NCBI GenBank assembly: GCA_034370385.1
Contig: JAXMKZ010000044.1
Span: 44,562-108,561, forward strand
Origin: Coriobacteriia bacterium
GTDB lineage: Bacteria; Actinomycetota; Coriobacteriia; Anaerosomatales; PHET01
DNA: 64,000 nucleotides
Direction: 5' to 3'
Shown here: positions 28,158 to 37,526 of the stretch, piece after piece
How positions within the stretch are numbered: position 1 is the first letter of the stretch
Layout: every line of letters starts with the position of its first letter
Notes under the pieces: generated by a model
What the model was told of the DNA's origin: nothing
What the model saw: the letters and a program-made list of their open reading frames with translations, nothing else
Database searches by the model: none
Made by a program: the position numbers and the translations under genes

Positions 28158-30749
28158 CTACCGCACCGCCACGCCCCACACGTCGAACACGTCCACGCCG
28201 ACCCAGGCACCGCGCGAGGTGGATCGCTTCGCGCCCTTCACCGTGACGACGATCGTGTGCTTGCCTGACGCCAGCGTGAGGTCACGGAAGATCGTCTGCT
28301 GGGCGGTCGTCTTGGTCGAGTACAGGTCGAAGGTACCGCGGAGCTTCCCGTCCACGTGGACCGTCGCGGTGCCGCGGTCGGGGCCTTTGGCCGCCATCCA
28401 TCGGATCCCGCGCCCGTCGAAGCGCACGGTGGCGCTCGCGTCGCGAGTCGATGCCCGCTTCTCGTAGCCGCCGGACGCGCCTCTCACCGGCTGCGCTCCC
28501 CAGGTCCCGCGATACACAACCGCCGGGTTCGTATCTTGCACGCGCACCATGGGCGGCATCAGAGTGGTGAGCGGCCCACCGAGCACATCGATCGCGTCGA
28601 CAGCCACCCGCGTGCCCTTCGACTCGGCGCGCTTGGTGCCCAGAGTCTCGATCTTGACGGTGTGGCGGCCCCACGGGAGTCCCTCGACGCGGTGAACGAT
28701 CTGGCCCGCCTCGGTCTCGGCGTTGTATGAGTCGACCGTCACCGGGGTCTTACCGTCGACCGTGACCCTCGCCATGCCGCCGGTGTTCGCGACGCGCGCG
28801 ATCCAGTCGAAACCTGTGCCCGTGAACGCGAAGTAGAGCTTCGCGCCTTTGGTGTCGGTGTAGGTCTGACGCTTGAAGTACAGCTCAGGGTCCTCGCTCG
28901 TCTTGGCCCATCCACCGACCCAGGAGAGCACGGGGTTGCTGTCGTCGGTGCGCCGGCGTGGCGTGCTGGCCTGCAGCAGTTCGCCGGTGATGCTGATCGC
29001 GTCAACGTCGACGCGCGAGCCCTTCGACGACGCATGGCGGCGGTCGAGCACGCGGATGTCGAGCCGGTGTTCGCCGTCAGTGAGTCCGTAGTCGGAGAAC
29101 AGGGAGCGCTTGGTGGCGCTTTCGGCGCGATAGAGGTCGACCGTCTTGACGCGCTCGCCGTCGATGTAGACGTCGGCCATGCCGTAGGCCGGGCCGACCG
29201 TGCCGGTCCACAGCACGCGGGTACCCTTGAAGCGTGCCGAGAACCACGCGTTCGGTGTCTGGGTGTACAGCCTCGAGCCCCCGGAAAAGATCGAACTCTT
29301 GGAGGTCAGCCACGGACCCGTGGTCGCGAGCTTGCTTTCGGACTGCTCGAATCGCGTGAGGGGAGGCGGAGCGGGGTTACCGACGACCGGCGGCTTGGGG
29401 ACGAAGTTCTTGCCCACTGAGAACTTGGTCGAGCGCAGGCCGAGCGCGTTGCGCCACGCGTCGCCGGATGTCGTATGGGTCTTGCCGTTGGACCAGGCCG
29501 TTCTCACCGATACGGCGTAGCCCGAGCCGTTCTTCGCGCGGGTGATGGTGACGCCGGTGACGGTCGCGGGGGAGGGCTCGCTTGCCGAGCGGGTGCGCGA
29601 GCCGGCGCGAAGCTTCGCCGCCAGTGCGGCGTCGGAGTACGAGATGGCGTTGGGCCACTTCGCGTGGAAGGTGCTCGACACGTCGGGGTCGGGCACGCCC
29701 ACGTAGTACGGTTTGGGGGTGCCGCTGGTCCAGACGTCTTCGAGGTTCGCCGTGTGACCGCCGCTGGCGGCCGAGAAGAACGTGCGGATGATCTCGGTGC
29801 GCCCGTCGGGCCAGTGGTAGCGCGCGATCTTGCTGCGGGTGGCGTCCACGGCGGCGTTCGTGCGGCGGTCCTCCCACATCTGGGTGGCGCTGCGGTCAGA
29901 CCCCGCCGAGTGTCCTTGGTAGGCCTGGCTCATCGTGGTCGTGAACAGCTCGCCCACGGTCGGGTACGCGTAGCTGCGCGCGGCGATGGCCTGGGCCTGC
30001 AGTGCAGCCGGGGTTTCGTCGCCCCAGCTTGCGGGGGATTCGCGGGGAATCACGCCGTACAGGTAATCCTCGAGCGAGACCTGGTTGATCAGTTTCAGCA
30101 GTCCGCTGCGCGCGGTGATTCGCATGCTGCCGCGGTACCGGTTGTACGCCCTGCCGAACAGGCCCGTCTTCTCGAAGACCTGGACGAGCCGCGGTGAGAC
30201 GCCGCCGACCTCGGAGACCGTCACGGTTCCATTGAGTCGCGAGACGCCGTTGGGCTTCCATTGCGTGGAGCCGCGATAGACCGCGATCCCCTCGCCGTTG
30301 GGGACGAAGCGGTACCAACCGTCCGCGGGCACGGGAACGCCGGCGGTGGGCAGGTTGCTCGCCTTGACGACGAGGCGGTTGGCGGTGTTGCCGGCGCGCA
30401 GTGTCCACGCCTTCTTCGAGTGATAGGCGGTGGACGACGACGCGGCCGGGTCCACGCGAACGTAGACGCTCTTGGGCGACACCAGCTCCACCTTGGTGCG
30501 CGAGGTGTTGCCGTAGTAGTAGCGGATGATGTCGGCACCGGTGTAGGGCTTTCCGGTGTCGGGGTTCTCTCGCCTGGCTAGTTCGCGTGCCCCGTACTGG
30601 GACAGGCCGATGCCATGGCCCCAGCCGCGACCGGTCACGTGGAAGGTGGTTGCCGCGAGGGCGGGCGAAGGGGCGGCGAGCGTCAGCGAGGATACGGCGC
30701 ACAGGGCGCCGAGCACGAAACGCGCGATCCGGTGGGCTGCGATATGCAC
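28158..30749 (-). CDS. Secreted SpoIID/LytB-domain protein with three C-terminal ~140-aa tandem repeat modules
   Basis: 863 aa. Signal peptide ...SSLTLAAPSPALAA. GRGWGHGIGLSQYGA SpoIID signature. Three repeats end in VDVDAISITGELL, VAVDAIDVLGGPL and VGVDVFDVWGVAV, each with a ...VDG(K/E)...DLY... core. Confidence 0.85.
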   Translation of the reverse strand: MHIAAHRIARFVLGALCAVSSLTLAAPSPALAATTFHVTGRGWGHGIGLSQYGARELARRENPDTGKPYTGADIIRYYYGNTSRTKVELVSPKSVYVRVDPAASSSTAYHSKKAWTLRAGNTANRLVVKASNLPTAGVPVPADGWYRFVPNGEGIAVYRGSTQWKPNGVSRLNGTVTVSEVGGVSPRLVQVFEKTGLFGRAYNRYRGSMRITARSGLLKLINQVSLEDYLYGVIPRESPASWGDETPAALQAQAIAARSYAYPTVGELFTTTMSQAYQGHSAGSDRSATQMWEDRRTNAAVDATRSKIARYHWPDGRTEIIRTFFSAASGGHTANLEDVWTSGTPKPYYVGVPDPDVSSTFHAKWPNAISYSDAALAAKLRAGSRTRSASEPSPATVTGVTITRAKNGSGYAVSVRTAWSNGKTHTTSGDAWRNALGLRSTKFSVGKNFVPKPPVVGNPAPPPLTRFEQSESKLATTGPWLTSKSSIFSGGSRLYTQTPNAWFSARFKGTRVLWTGTVGPAYGMADVYIDGERVKTVDLYRAESATKRSLFSDYGLTDGEHRLDIRVLDRRHASSKGSRVDVDAISITGELLQASTPRRRTDDSNPVLSWVGGWAKTSEDPELYFKRQTYTDTKGAKLYFAFTGTGFDWIARVANTGGMARVTVDGKTPVTVDSYNAETEAGQIVHRVEGLPWGRHTVKIETLGTKRAESKGTRVAVDAIDVLGGPLTTLMPPMVRVQDTNPAVVYRGTWGAQPVRGASGGYEKRASTRDASATVRFDGRGIRWMAAKGPDRGTATVHVDGKLRGTFDLYSTKTTAQQTIFRDLTLASGKHTIVVTVKGAKRSTSRGAWVGVDVFDVWGVAVR

Positions 30750-30851
30750 TACTACGTCTCCCGGAATCGGTTGTACGGATCGTGGCGATTAGCGCCTGTG
30801 CGAGAGGCGCTCAGACGCCCACGAACCGTTTGGTAGAATACCACGTACGTC

Positions 30852-32240
30852 ATGACGCAACCTTCAGCCACTTCCTTTCACTTGCTCGCCGACGATCGCC
30901 GTGCCACCGCCGCGTGGTGCGCCATCGCCGGGTTTGCGTGCGTCGTCGCGCTGATGCCGGGCGGGTTCGTCCCCTTGCTGGCCGCGGGGGTTCTGCTCGC
31001 TGTCGCGGGGGCACTGTGGCTGCCTGCCTATCCGGAGGTCGCGCTCGGCGCGCTACTGGCCACCTCTGCCCTCGACGTGATGGGCCGTCTGGCCAAGGTG
31101 GGCCCGGCGACGGTGACCGCCTACCAGGCCGTACTGGGGTTGACGCTCCTGTTCGTCGTCGGCCTCGTCCTCACCGGGCGCGCCAAGCTGAGCGCGTCGG
31201 GTATCGACGGTTGGCTCGCGCTGATGCTCGCAGCGGCGTTGACTGTCGTGCCGGCGGCGGTGAATGGGCCCGCCTCAGCCGTCGCCTTCGTGAGTCTCGC
31301 CTCAAGCGTGGTGCTCGTCTACCTCGTGATGCTGCTGGCGCCGACGCCGGAGCAGCTCTATCGCGTGCTGGTTGCGCTTGCGGTGGTCGCCGCAGGGCTC
31401 GGTGTGCTCGCCGTGGCGGAGAGGGTGGGCATCTTCTCGGTGCAGGAGGTCTACAAGACGACTGCGGATGGCATCCGGGCACGCGTCTTCTTCAAGGACC
31501 CCAACATCTTCGGCGGTGTCTTGGCGGCCGCGGCGATCACGGCGGTGCCGCTTGCGCTTGGCGAGAAGCGCTGGCTTCGGGCCACCGCGCTGTGGGCGCT
31601 CGTCGGCGCTGCGGTGCTCGGCGTTGTGGCGACGCTGTCGCGCGGCGCGTTCCTCGGTCTCGTGGTCGGTGGCGTGCTTGCGGTCATCTTGTCGCCGGTC
31701 AGGACGCGTACCAAGATCGCGCTGCTCGGTGCGGGAGCCGGTCTGCTCGCCGTGTTCGTGGTGGTGGTGCTCGATCCGCGCTGGGTCGCTGACAAGGTGC
31801 TCGGCATCGGCGACGAGAGCAGCGCGCTCAACCGCGTCTACCTGGCGCAGGCGGCGATGGCCATGTTCGCCGACAACCCGATAGGCATCGGTCCGGGCAT
31901 GTGGAAAGAGATCATCCCGGCGTACCGCCCCTATGACTTGCCTGCTGACCTGCTGGAGTCCCACACCACCTACTTCACGCTGCTCGTGGAAGTCGGCATC
32001 CTCGGGCTGATCGGCTTCGTGGGCGCGCTCGCCGCAACCGGGTTGCGGCTGGTTCGGGCGCTGCTCGTGCCCGCTTCGCCGCACCTCGTGCGCGTACTGC
32101 TCGCGGCCACGGCCTCGGGCGCGGCCGTTCTGCTGGTGCAGTCGGTGACGTACAGTATGGAGACGAGCAAGTTCCTCTGGTTCCTTATCGGGGCGAGCCT
32201 CACGGCCGCATCGTTCACCTCTTCGAAGGAGAGTGCTTGA
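30852..32240 (+). CDS. O-antigen ligase/Wzy-like polymerase family membrane protein
   Basis: 462 aa, about 10-12 TM segments. Central loop ...TLSRGAFLGLVVGGVL... typical of the Wzy_C/O-antigen ligase domain. Confidence 0.75.
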   Translation: MTQPSATSFHLLADDRRATAAWCAIAGFACVVALMPGGFVPLLAAGVLLAVAGALWLPAYPEVALGALLATSALDVMGRLAKVGPATVTAYQAVLGLTLLFVVGLVLTGRAKLSASGIDGWLALMLAAALTVVPAAVNGPASAVAFVSLASSVVLVYLVMLLAPTPEQLYRVLVALAVVAAGLGVLAVAERVGIFSVQEVYKTTADGIRARVFFKDPNIFGGVLAAAAITAVPLALGEKRWLRATALWALVGAAVLGVVATLSRGAFLGLVVGGVLAVILSPVRTRTKIALLGAGAGLLAVFVVVVLDPRWVADKVLGIGDESSALNRVYLAQAAMAMFADNPIGIGPGMWKEIIPAYRPYDLPADLLESHTTYFTLLVEVGILGLIGFVGALAATGLRLVRALLVPASPHLVRVLLAATASGAAVLLVQSVTYSMETSKFLWFLIGASLTAASFTSSKESA

Positions 32241-33022
32241 TGACGCAGGACAGCTCGGGACTGCCCGGCGCCGTGCGGCGCGGCTGGGTCATCGTGCTCG
32301 TGTCCGTGCTGGTGGGCGTCGCAGTGGCGTACTTCGCCACCCGCCAGATGCCCACGACGAGCTTCACGGGGACACAGCGCGTGACTATCGCCGGCACGGC
32401 ATCAGGTCCCCAGAATCCCCCGAGTCCTGACGACCTGGTCGGGGCTACGACGCTCGCGATCGTGCGGCGCGATGCCGAGGAGTCGCTGGGGCTTCAGAAG
32501 GGCGCGCTCGATGGCGTGGTCGCGGCGAAGAACGACAGCGGCGACCGGCGCACGGTGATCTTCACGGCGAAGGCGGGCTCTGAGGCGGATGCAGAGGCGT
32601 ACGCCAAGGCGATCGCGGACGCGTCGAGTGCGTACATTCTGCAGCGCTTCGATGTCTACCTGCAGGTCCAAGGCGAGATCATCAAGCGCATGACCGAGCG
32701 CAAGGCCGAGCTCGAGCAGGGCGAGAAGGCGCTCCTTGCGCTGGCGGCGAAGGCAACCGGCGCCGAGCGTGCTGGCTACGAGCAGGCGCTTGTCGTCAAC
32801 CGCAACCAGATCTTCTCCGCCAGCGACGCGCTGGCCTCAGCGCAGAACGCCGAGCTGCAGGTCCTCCGGTCCATGGTGCCCGGCGTGCCGTCGGTCGCGC
32901 AGTCCACGACCGGCGGTCTCGCGCTGTCGGCGCTGCTGCAGGGCGCGCTCGTGGGACTACTCGTGGGGCTTGCCATCGTCGGTATCCGTGAGTGGCTGCG
33001 CACGCGCAGCGCCGTGGCGTAG
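32240..33022 (+). CDS. Wzz-like polysaccharide chain-length determinant (no kinase domain)
   Basis: Frame of ORF 32237-33022. TM at both ends (GWVIVLVSVLVGVAVAYFAT, LLQGALVGLLVGLAIVGI) with a coiled-coil extracytoplasmic middle. ATG overlaps the upstream TGA. Confidence 0.65.
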   Translation: MTQDSSGLPGAVRRGWVIVLVSVLVGVAVAYFATRQMPTTSFTGTQRVTIAGTASGPQNPPSPDDLVGATTLAIVRRDAEESLGLQKGALDGVVAAKNDSGDRRTVIFTAKAGSEADAEAYAKAIADASSAYILQRFDVYLQVQGEIIKRMTERKAELEQGEKALLALAAKATGAERAGYEQALVVNRNQIFSASDALASAQNAELQVLRSMVPGVPSVAQSTTGGLALSALLQGALVGLLVGLAIVGIREWLRTRSAVA

Positions 33023-33034
33023 GCCGGCTGCAAC

Positions 33035-34219
33035 GTGGCTTCTCGCCGCAAGGTCTGCATCGTGCAGTACAACTCGTCGCGCTATCTGGCGCGCGTCGAC
33101 CGTTCGGCACGCACGCTGGCCGCCGACGGCTGGGACGTCGTGCTCGTCGCCATCAAGGACGCCGAGACGCCCGCGTTCGAGGAGCGCGATGGCTACGTCG
33201 TGCGCCGCGTGGAGCTCAAGTCGCGCCAGTGGCCGCGCTGGACGCGCCCGGCCCGCTTCGTCGAGGCGGTGTGGCGCACGTATCGTGCTGCGCTTGCCGA
33301 GGACGCCGACGTCTACAACCCGCGCGACATCTATCCGCTGCTGGTGAGCTGGCTCGCAGCGAAGCGCCGCGGAGCGGTACTCGTGTATGACTCTGATGAG
33401 TTGAACTTGCATCGGAACTGGCCATGGACCTCCAAACGATGGTGGAAGGTGCTTGCGCCCGCGTACGAGGGCTTCTTCATCCGCCGCGCGGCCGCAAACA
33501 TCACGAGCGATCACGGGCGTGCCGACATCCTTGCATGCACCTATGACATCGAGCGCCCGGTGGTCGTGAGAAACGTCCCCGAGCGCGTCGAGGTAGTGGA
33601 GCGCAACGAACCGTGGCGCGCCGCGATGCTCGGTGACAGCGCGCGCTACCTGCTGATCTATCAGGGAATCCTCGCCCCGAACCGCGGGTTGCCCGAACTG
33701 GTGCAGGCGATGGTCGAGCTGCCCGACTGCGCGCTGGCGCTTGTCGGATGGGGCGCGCTCGCCGACACGCTGTCGGCCCGCGTGACCGAACTCGACCTGA
33801 GCGATCGCGTGCACCTTGTCGGGGCCGTGCCGTACGCGACGATGATGCGCTACACCGCGAGCGCCGATGCCGGTCTCATCCCGATCGTCGGCTCGTGCCT
33901 CTCGTACGTCTACGCGGCCCCCAACAAGCTCTTCGAGGACATGATGGTGGGCGTGCCCGTCGTCGCCAGTGACCTTCCCGAGATGGCGGCGGTCGTGCGC
34001 GACGAGCGCGTCGGCACGCTCATCGCCGACCCCCTCGATCCCGCATCGATCGTCGCCGCAGTCCGCGAGCTTCTGGATGGCGAGGAGCCGCTGGCCACCA
34101 TCGGCGCGCGCGCTCGCGAGGCCGCACTGGCGCGCCACCACTGGGGACTGGAGCGCGAGCGGCTGCTGGACGTCTATCGCGGCCTGACCCTGCGGCCGGC
34201 GAGCGGAGGGGCCAAGTGA
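33035..34219 (+). CDS. GT4-family glycosyltransferase
   Basis: 394 aa. GT-B C-terminal EX7E-type region ...APNKLFEDMMVGVPVVASDLPEM.... Confidence 0.85.
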   Translation: MASRRKVCIVQYNSSRYLARVDRSARTLAADGWDVVLVAIKDAETPAFEERDGYVVRRVELKSRQWPRWTRPARFVEAVWRTYRAALAEDADVYNPRDIYPLLVSWLAAKRRGAVLVYDSDELNLHRNWPWTSKRWWKVLAPAYEGFFIRRAAANITSDHGRADILACTYDIERPVVVRNVPERVEVVERNEPWRAAMLGDSARYLLIYQGILAPNRGLPELVQAMVELPDCALALVGWGALADTLSARVTELDLSDRVHLVGAVPYATMMRYTASADAGLIPIVGSCLSYVYAAPNKLFEDMMVGVPVVASDLPEMAAVVRDERVGTLIADPLDPASIVAAVRELLDGEEPLATIGARAREAALARHHWGLERERLLDVYRGLTLRPASGGAK

Positions 34220-35367
34220 GCGAGCGCAGTGTGGTCATGCTGCTCACGAACGACTTCGTGACCGACCCGCGCGTCGAGAAGGAAGCGGTCGCGCTCATCG
34301 CCGCCGGCTGGCGCGTTACCGTGCTGGCTTGGGACCGCGCAGGCGCCGCGCCCGAGCGCGAGGTGCGCAGCGGCATCGCCATCGAGCGCCTCGGACCGCG
34401 CGCGAACCACGGCTCCGGCCCCAAGGCGCTCCCGCTGTACCGCGCGTTCTGGGACGCCGCCGCCGCGCGGGCACGCGAACTCTCGCCGAGCGCCGTGCAC
34501 TGCCACGACATGGACACCGTGCCCGCAGGCCTCGCTGCAGTAGAGGACTCGGGCGCTCACCTCGTGCTCGACTTCCACGAGTTGTATCGCGAATCGCGCG
34601 TCGTGCCGCGCAAGCCGGTGATCGGGCCGCTCGTGCGCGCGGGCGTCGACCGCGTCGAGAGGCAGGGCCTGAAGCGAGCCTCGCTCGTCGTGCTCGCCTG
34701 GGAGGGTATGGCCGATCGTTACCGTCGGAGCTTCGATGGCCCGGTGGTCGTAGTCGATAACGCGCCGGACCTCGATCGCTACTCGCCCGACGGCGAGCCG
34801 CGTGGTGACCGGCCCTTCGCCGTGTGCTACATCGGCCAGAAGCGTTACACCGACTCGCTCAAGCTGCTCGTCGACATCGTCGAGCGCCACGAGGATATGA
34901 CGTGTCTGCTCGCCGGCGGCGGGGTGGGGGCCGAGGAGGTTGCTCGCCACGCAGAGGGCAAGCCGCGCGTCACCGTGATCGGGCGCGTGAACTACGACGA
35001 GATTCCCGCGCTGTATCGCGGTCAGGACTGCGTCTACACGCTCTACGACGCCGCGGTGGGCAACGCGCGCATCCACATGCCGGTCAAGGTGATGGAGGCG
35101 ATGGCCTGCGGGCTGCCCTCGCTCGTCAGCTCTGGAACCTGGGTCGGCGAGTACGTGGAGGCCGAGCGCATCGGATTCGCGGTCGAGGCGTCTGATGCCG
35201 CTGTCGAGGCGGTTCTGGTGCGGCTCAAGGACGATCCCTCGCTTGCCGCCGAGATGGGGGCGCGCGGCCGCGCGATCGTCGAGGAGCACCTGAACTGGGA
35301 GGCCGCGGCGGGACGGCTCGTAGCGGCGTACGAGGGCCTCGGCGGCAAAGGCGGCCGACGTGCGTAA
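34216..35367 (+). CDS. GT4-family glycosyltransferase
   Basis: 383 aa. GTGA overlap with the upstream gene. ...PVKVMEAMACGLPSLVSSGTW.... Confidence 0.85.
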   Translation: MSERSVVMLLTNDFVTDPRVEKEAVALIAAGWRVTVLAWDRAGAAPEREVRSGIAIERLGPRANHGSGPKALPLYRAFWDAAAARARELSPSAVHCHDMDTVPAGLAAVEDSGAHLVLDFHELYRESRVVPRKPVIGPLVRAGVDRVERQGLKRASLVVLAWEGMADRYRRSFDGPVVVVDNAPDLDRYSPDGEPRGDRPFAVCYIGQKRYTDSLKLLVDIVERHEDMTCLLAGGGVGAEEVARHAEGKPRVTVIGRVNYDEIPALYRGQDCVYTLYDAAVGNARIHMPVKVMEAMACGLPSLVSSGTWVGEYVEAERIGFAVEASDAAVEAVLVRLKDDPSLAAEMGARGRAIVEEHLNWEAAAGRLVAAYEGLGGKGGRRA

Positions 35368-36691
35368 GGTCCTCGTCATCACCTACGAGTTCCCGCCCGC
35401 GGGCGGCGGTGGCGTGCAGCGCTGGGCGAAGATGTGCCGCTACCTGCCGGAATCAGGGTGGACGCCGTTTGTGCTGACCGCCGAGCCGGTCGCGCGGCGA
35501 TCTCGCGATGAGTCGCTGCTTGCCGAGGTCGTCGGCGTCGAGGTCCGGCGCATCCCGCACCGACATGTCGCCGCAGCGGTCGCCGCCGCCATCGAGCCTG
35601 CGAAGCGCCTCGCACGCAAGGTGCGCGGGCGCTCGGGCACGCCCGCCGCGCCTGTCGGCAGCGCTCCCGCGCCGCGCGGGGTCACTCGCACGCCGCTTTC
35701 CAGCCGCATCGCCCGCTTCATCGCCGTGCCCGACGACGCCGCCTTCTGGCGCTCCAGCGCGGTCCGTGCGGCCGAGCAGCTCGGGCGCGAAGCGGGTGTC
35801 GATGCCGTCGTCGCGACAGGTCCGCCGTTCTCCTCGCTTGTAGTAGGCGCGCGCGTCGCTCGCCGACTTGGTGTGCCACTGATACTCGACATGCGCGACG
35901 GCTGGGACACGAACCCCGTGGTGCGCATGCCCACCGCGTTTCATCGCTGGCTGTCGAATCGGATCGAGCGCAAGACTCTGCCCGTGGCCGACCTCGTGAC
36001 GTGTACCGCTCCGGCGATCGGCGAGGAGGCCCGCCGCTTCGGTGCCCGCGCCACGCGCGTGATCGCCAACGGCTTCGATGCGAGCGACCTGCCGGCGCAC
36101 GCTCCCGACTCCTCGGGCCCGCTGACGCTTGTCTTCATGGGCAAGGTGTACGCGGGGCACTCGGATCCGGCGCCGCTGTTGACCGCCCTTGCGCGCGCAC
36201 GCGAGCTCTCGGACTCGGAGATTCGCTTCGAGATCGTGGGTTCGTGGCCCGACGGGCTTGAGGCGAGCATCGAAGCGGCCGGGTTGAGCGACGAGGTGGT
36301 GCTCACCAGCTACCTGCCGCATCGCGAAGCGCTTGAGCGCACGGCGCGCGCTGATGTCGGCGTGCTGCTGATCGCCGACATGCCCGGCGCGGCCGGGTCG
36401 TGCCCCGCCAAGCTCTATGAGTACCTCGGCATGGGCATGCCGGTGCTCATCGTGGGTCCGGATGACGGGATGCCCGCAGCGGTCCTCGCCGAGACCTGCG
36501 GTGGCAGCGTCATCCACCCGGACGACGTCGAGGCCCTTGCGCGCGAACTCGTGCGGCTCGCCGAACTCAAGGCGAAGGGGAACGTACTGAGCGAGCCCGA
36601 TGGGGAAGCCGTGGCCCGGTACAGCCGACAAGGTCAAGCTGCCGCGATGGCAGCGGCGCTGTCCGAGGTCGCAGGAGGGGAGTCGCGATGA
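35360..36691 (+). CDS. GT4-family glycosyltransferase
   Basis: 443 aa. N-terminal KVLVITYEFPPAGGGGVQR and C-terminal ...CPAKLYEYLGMGMPVLIVGP.... Confidence 0.85.
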   Translation: MRKVLVITYEFPPAGGGGVQRWAKMCRYLPESGWTPFVLTAEPVARRSRDESLLAEVVGVEVRRIPHRHVAAAVAAAIEPAKRLARKVRGRSGTPAAPVGSAPAPRGVTRTPLSSRIARFIAVPDDAAFWRSSAVRAAEQLGREAGVDAVVATGPPFSSLVVGARVARRLGVPLILDMRDGWDTNPVVRMPTAFHRWLSNRIERKTLPVADLVTCTAPAIGEEARRFGARATRVIANGFDASDLPAHAPDSSGPLTLVFMGKVYAGHSDPAPLLTALARARELSDSEIRFEIVGSWPDGLEASIEAAGLSDEVVLTSYLPHREALERTARADVGVLLIADMPGAAGSCPAKLYEYLGMGMPVLIVGPDDGMPAAVLAETCGGSVIHPDDVEALARELVRLAELKAKGNVLSEPDGEAVARYSRQGQAAAMAAALSEVAGGESR

Positions 36692-37512
36692 ACGACACGC
36701 TCGCGGTAGACCAGGTCGATGTCGAGCGCATTCTCGCCAGCGGGGTCTCGCCTCGGGTGGCGCTGGTTCTGGGCAGCGGCCTGGGGATGCTCGCCGACCG
36801 CATGGACGTCGCGGCACGCATCCCGTTCGCCGAGCTTGCGAGCCACCCGCGTCCGAAGGCGGGGGTGGCCGGGCATGCCGGGGAGCTCGTCGTCGGCACG
36901 CTGGCCGGAGCGCCGGTCGTGGCGTTTCTCGGCCGCGTGCACCGCTACCAGGGTGTGACCGCGCTCGATGCGGCGTGGCCTTCGCGCCTTGCGGCGGCGC
37001 TCGGGTGCGAGACCATCGTCGTCACGAACGCCGCGGGCGGCATCGACCCGTCGCTGCGTTCCGGCTCCGTCACGCTTATCGCCGATCACATCAACCTCAC
37101 GGGCGATAACCCGCTCGTGGGATGGCCCGGGCCGCCCGGCGGCACCCCGTTCGTGCCGATGGGCGACGCCTACGACCCGGCGTTGCGAGCGATCGCGCGC
37201 GAGGAGGCTGACCGCGCCGGGCTGAAGCTCACCGAGGTCGTATACGCGGGACTCCTCGGCCCGAGCTATGAGACGCCCGCCGAGGTGGAGTACCTGCGTC
37301 GCACCGGGGCCCACACCGTGGGCATGTCTACCGTACCCGAGGTCATCGCCGCACGGGCGCTCGGGCTGCGCGTGCTGGGACTCTCACTCGTGACGAACGT
37401 GGCGGGAGGAGCCGAGCTCAGCCACGCGGAGGTGCTCCAGGCCGGACGCGACGCCGCCGAAGCGATGAGTGACCTGCTCGAGGCGGTACTCGGGCGGTTT
37501 ACGTCGGAATAG
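36688..37512 (+). CDS. Purine nucleoside phosphorylase (PNP/MTAP family 2, PunA-like)
   Basis: 274 aa. GRVHRYQG, TNAAGGI and VGMSTVPEVIAARALGLRVLGLSLVTNVAGG. ATGA overlap with the preceding GT4 gene. Confidence 0.88.
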   Translation: MNDTLAVDQVDVERILASGVSPRVALVLGSGLGMLADRMDVAARIPFAELASHPRPKAGVAGHAGELVVGTLAGAPVVAFLGRVHRYQGVTALDAAWPSRLAAALGCETIVVTNAAGGIDPSLRSGSVTLIADHINLTGDNPLVGWPGPPGGTPFVPMGDAYDPALRAIAREEADRAGLKLTEVVYAGLLGPSYETPAEVEYLRRTGAHTVGMSTVPEVIAARALGLRVLGLSLVTNVAGGAELSHAEVLQAGRDAAEAMSDLLEAVLGRFTSE

Positions 37513-37526
37513 GGAAGGGACGCACG

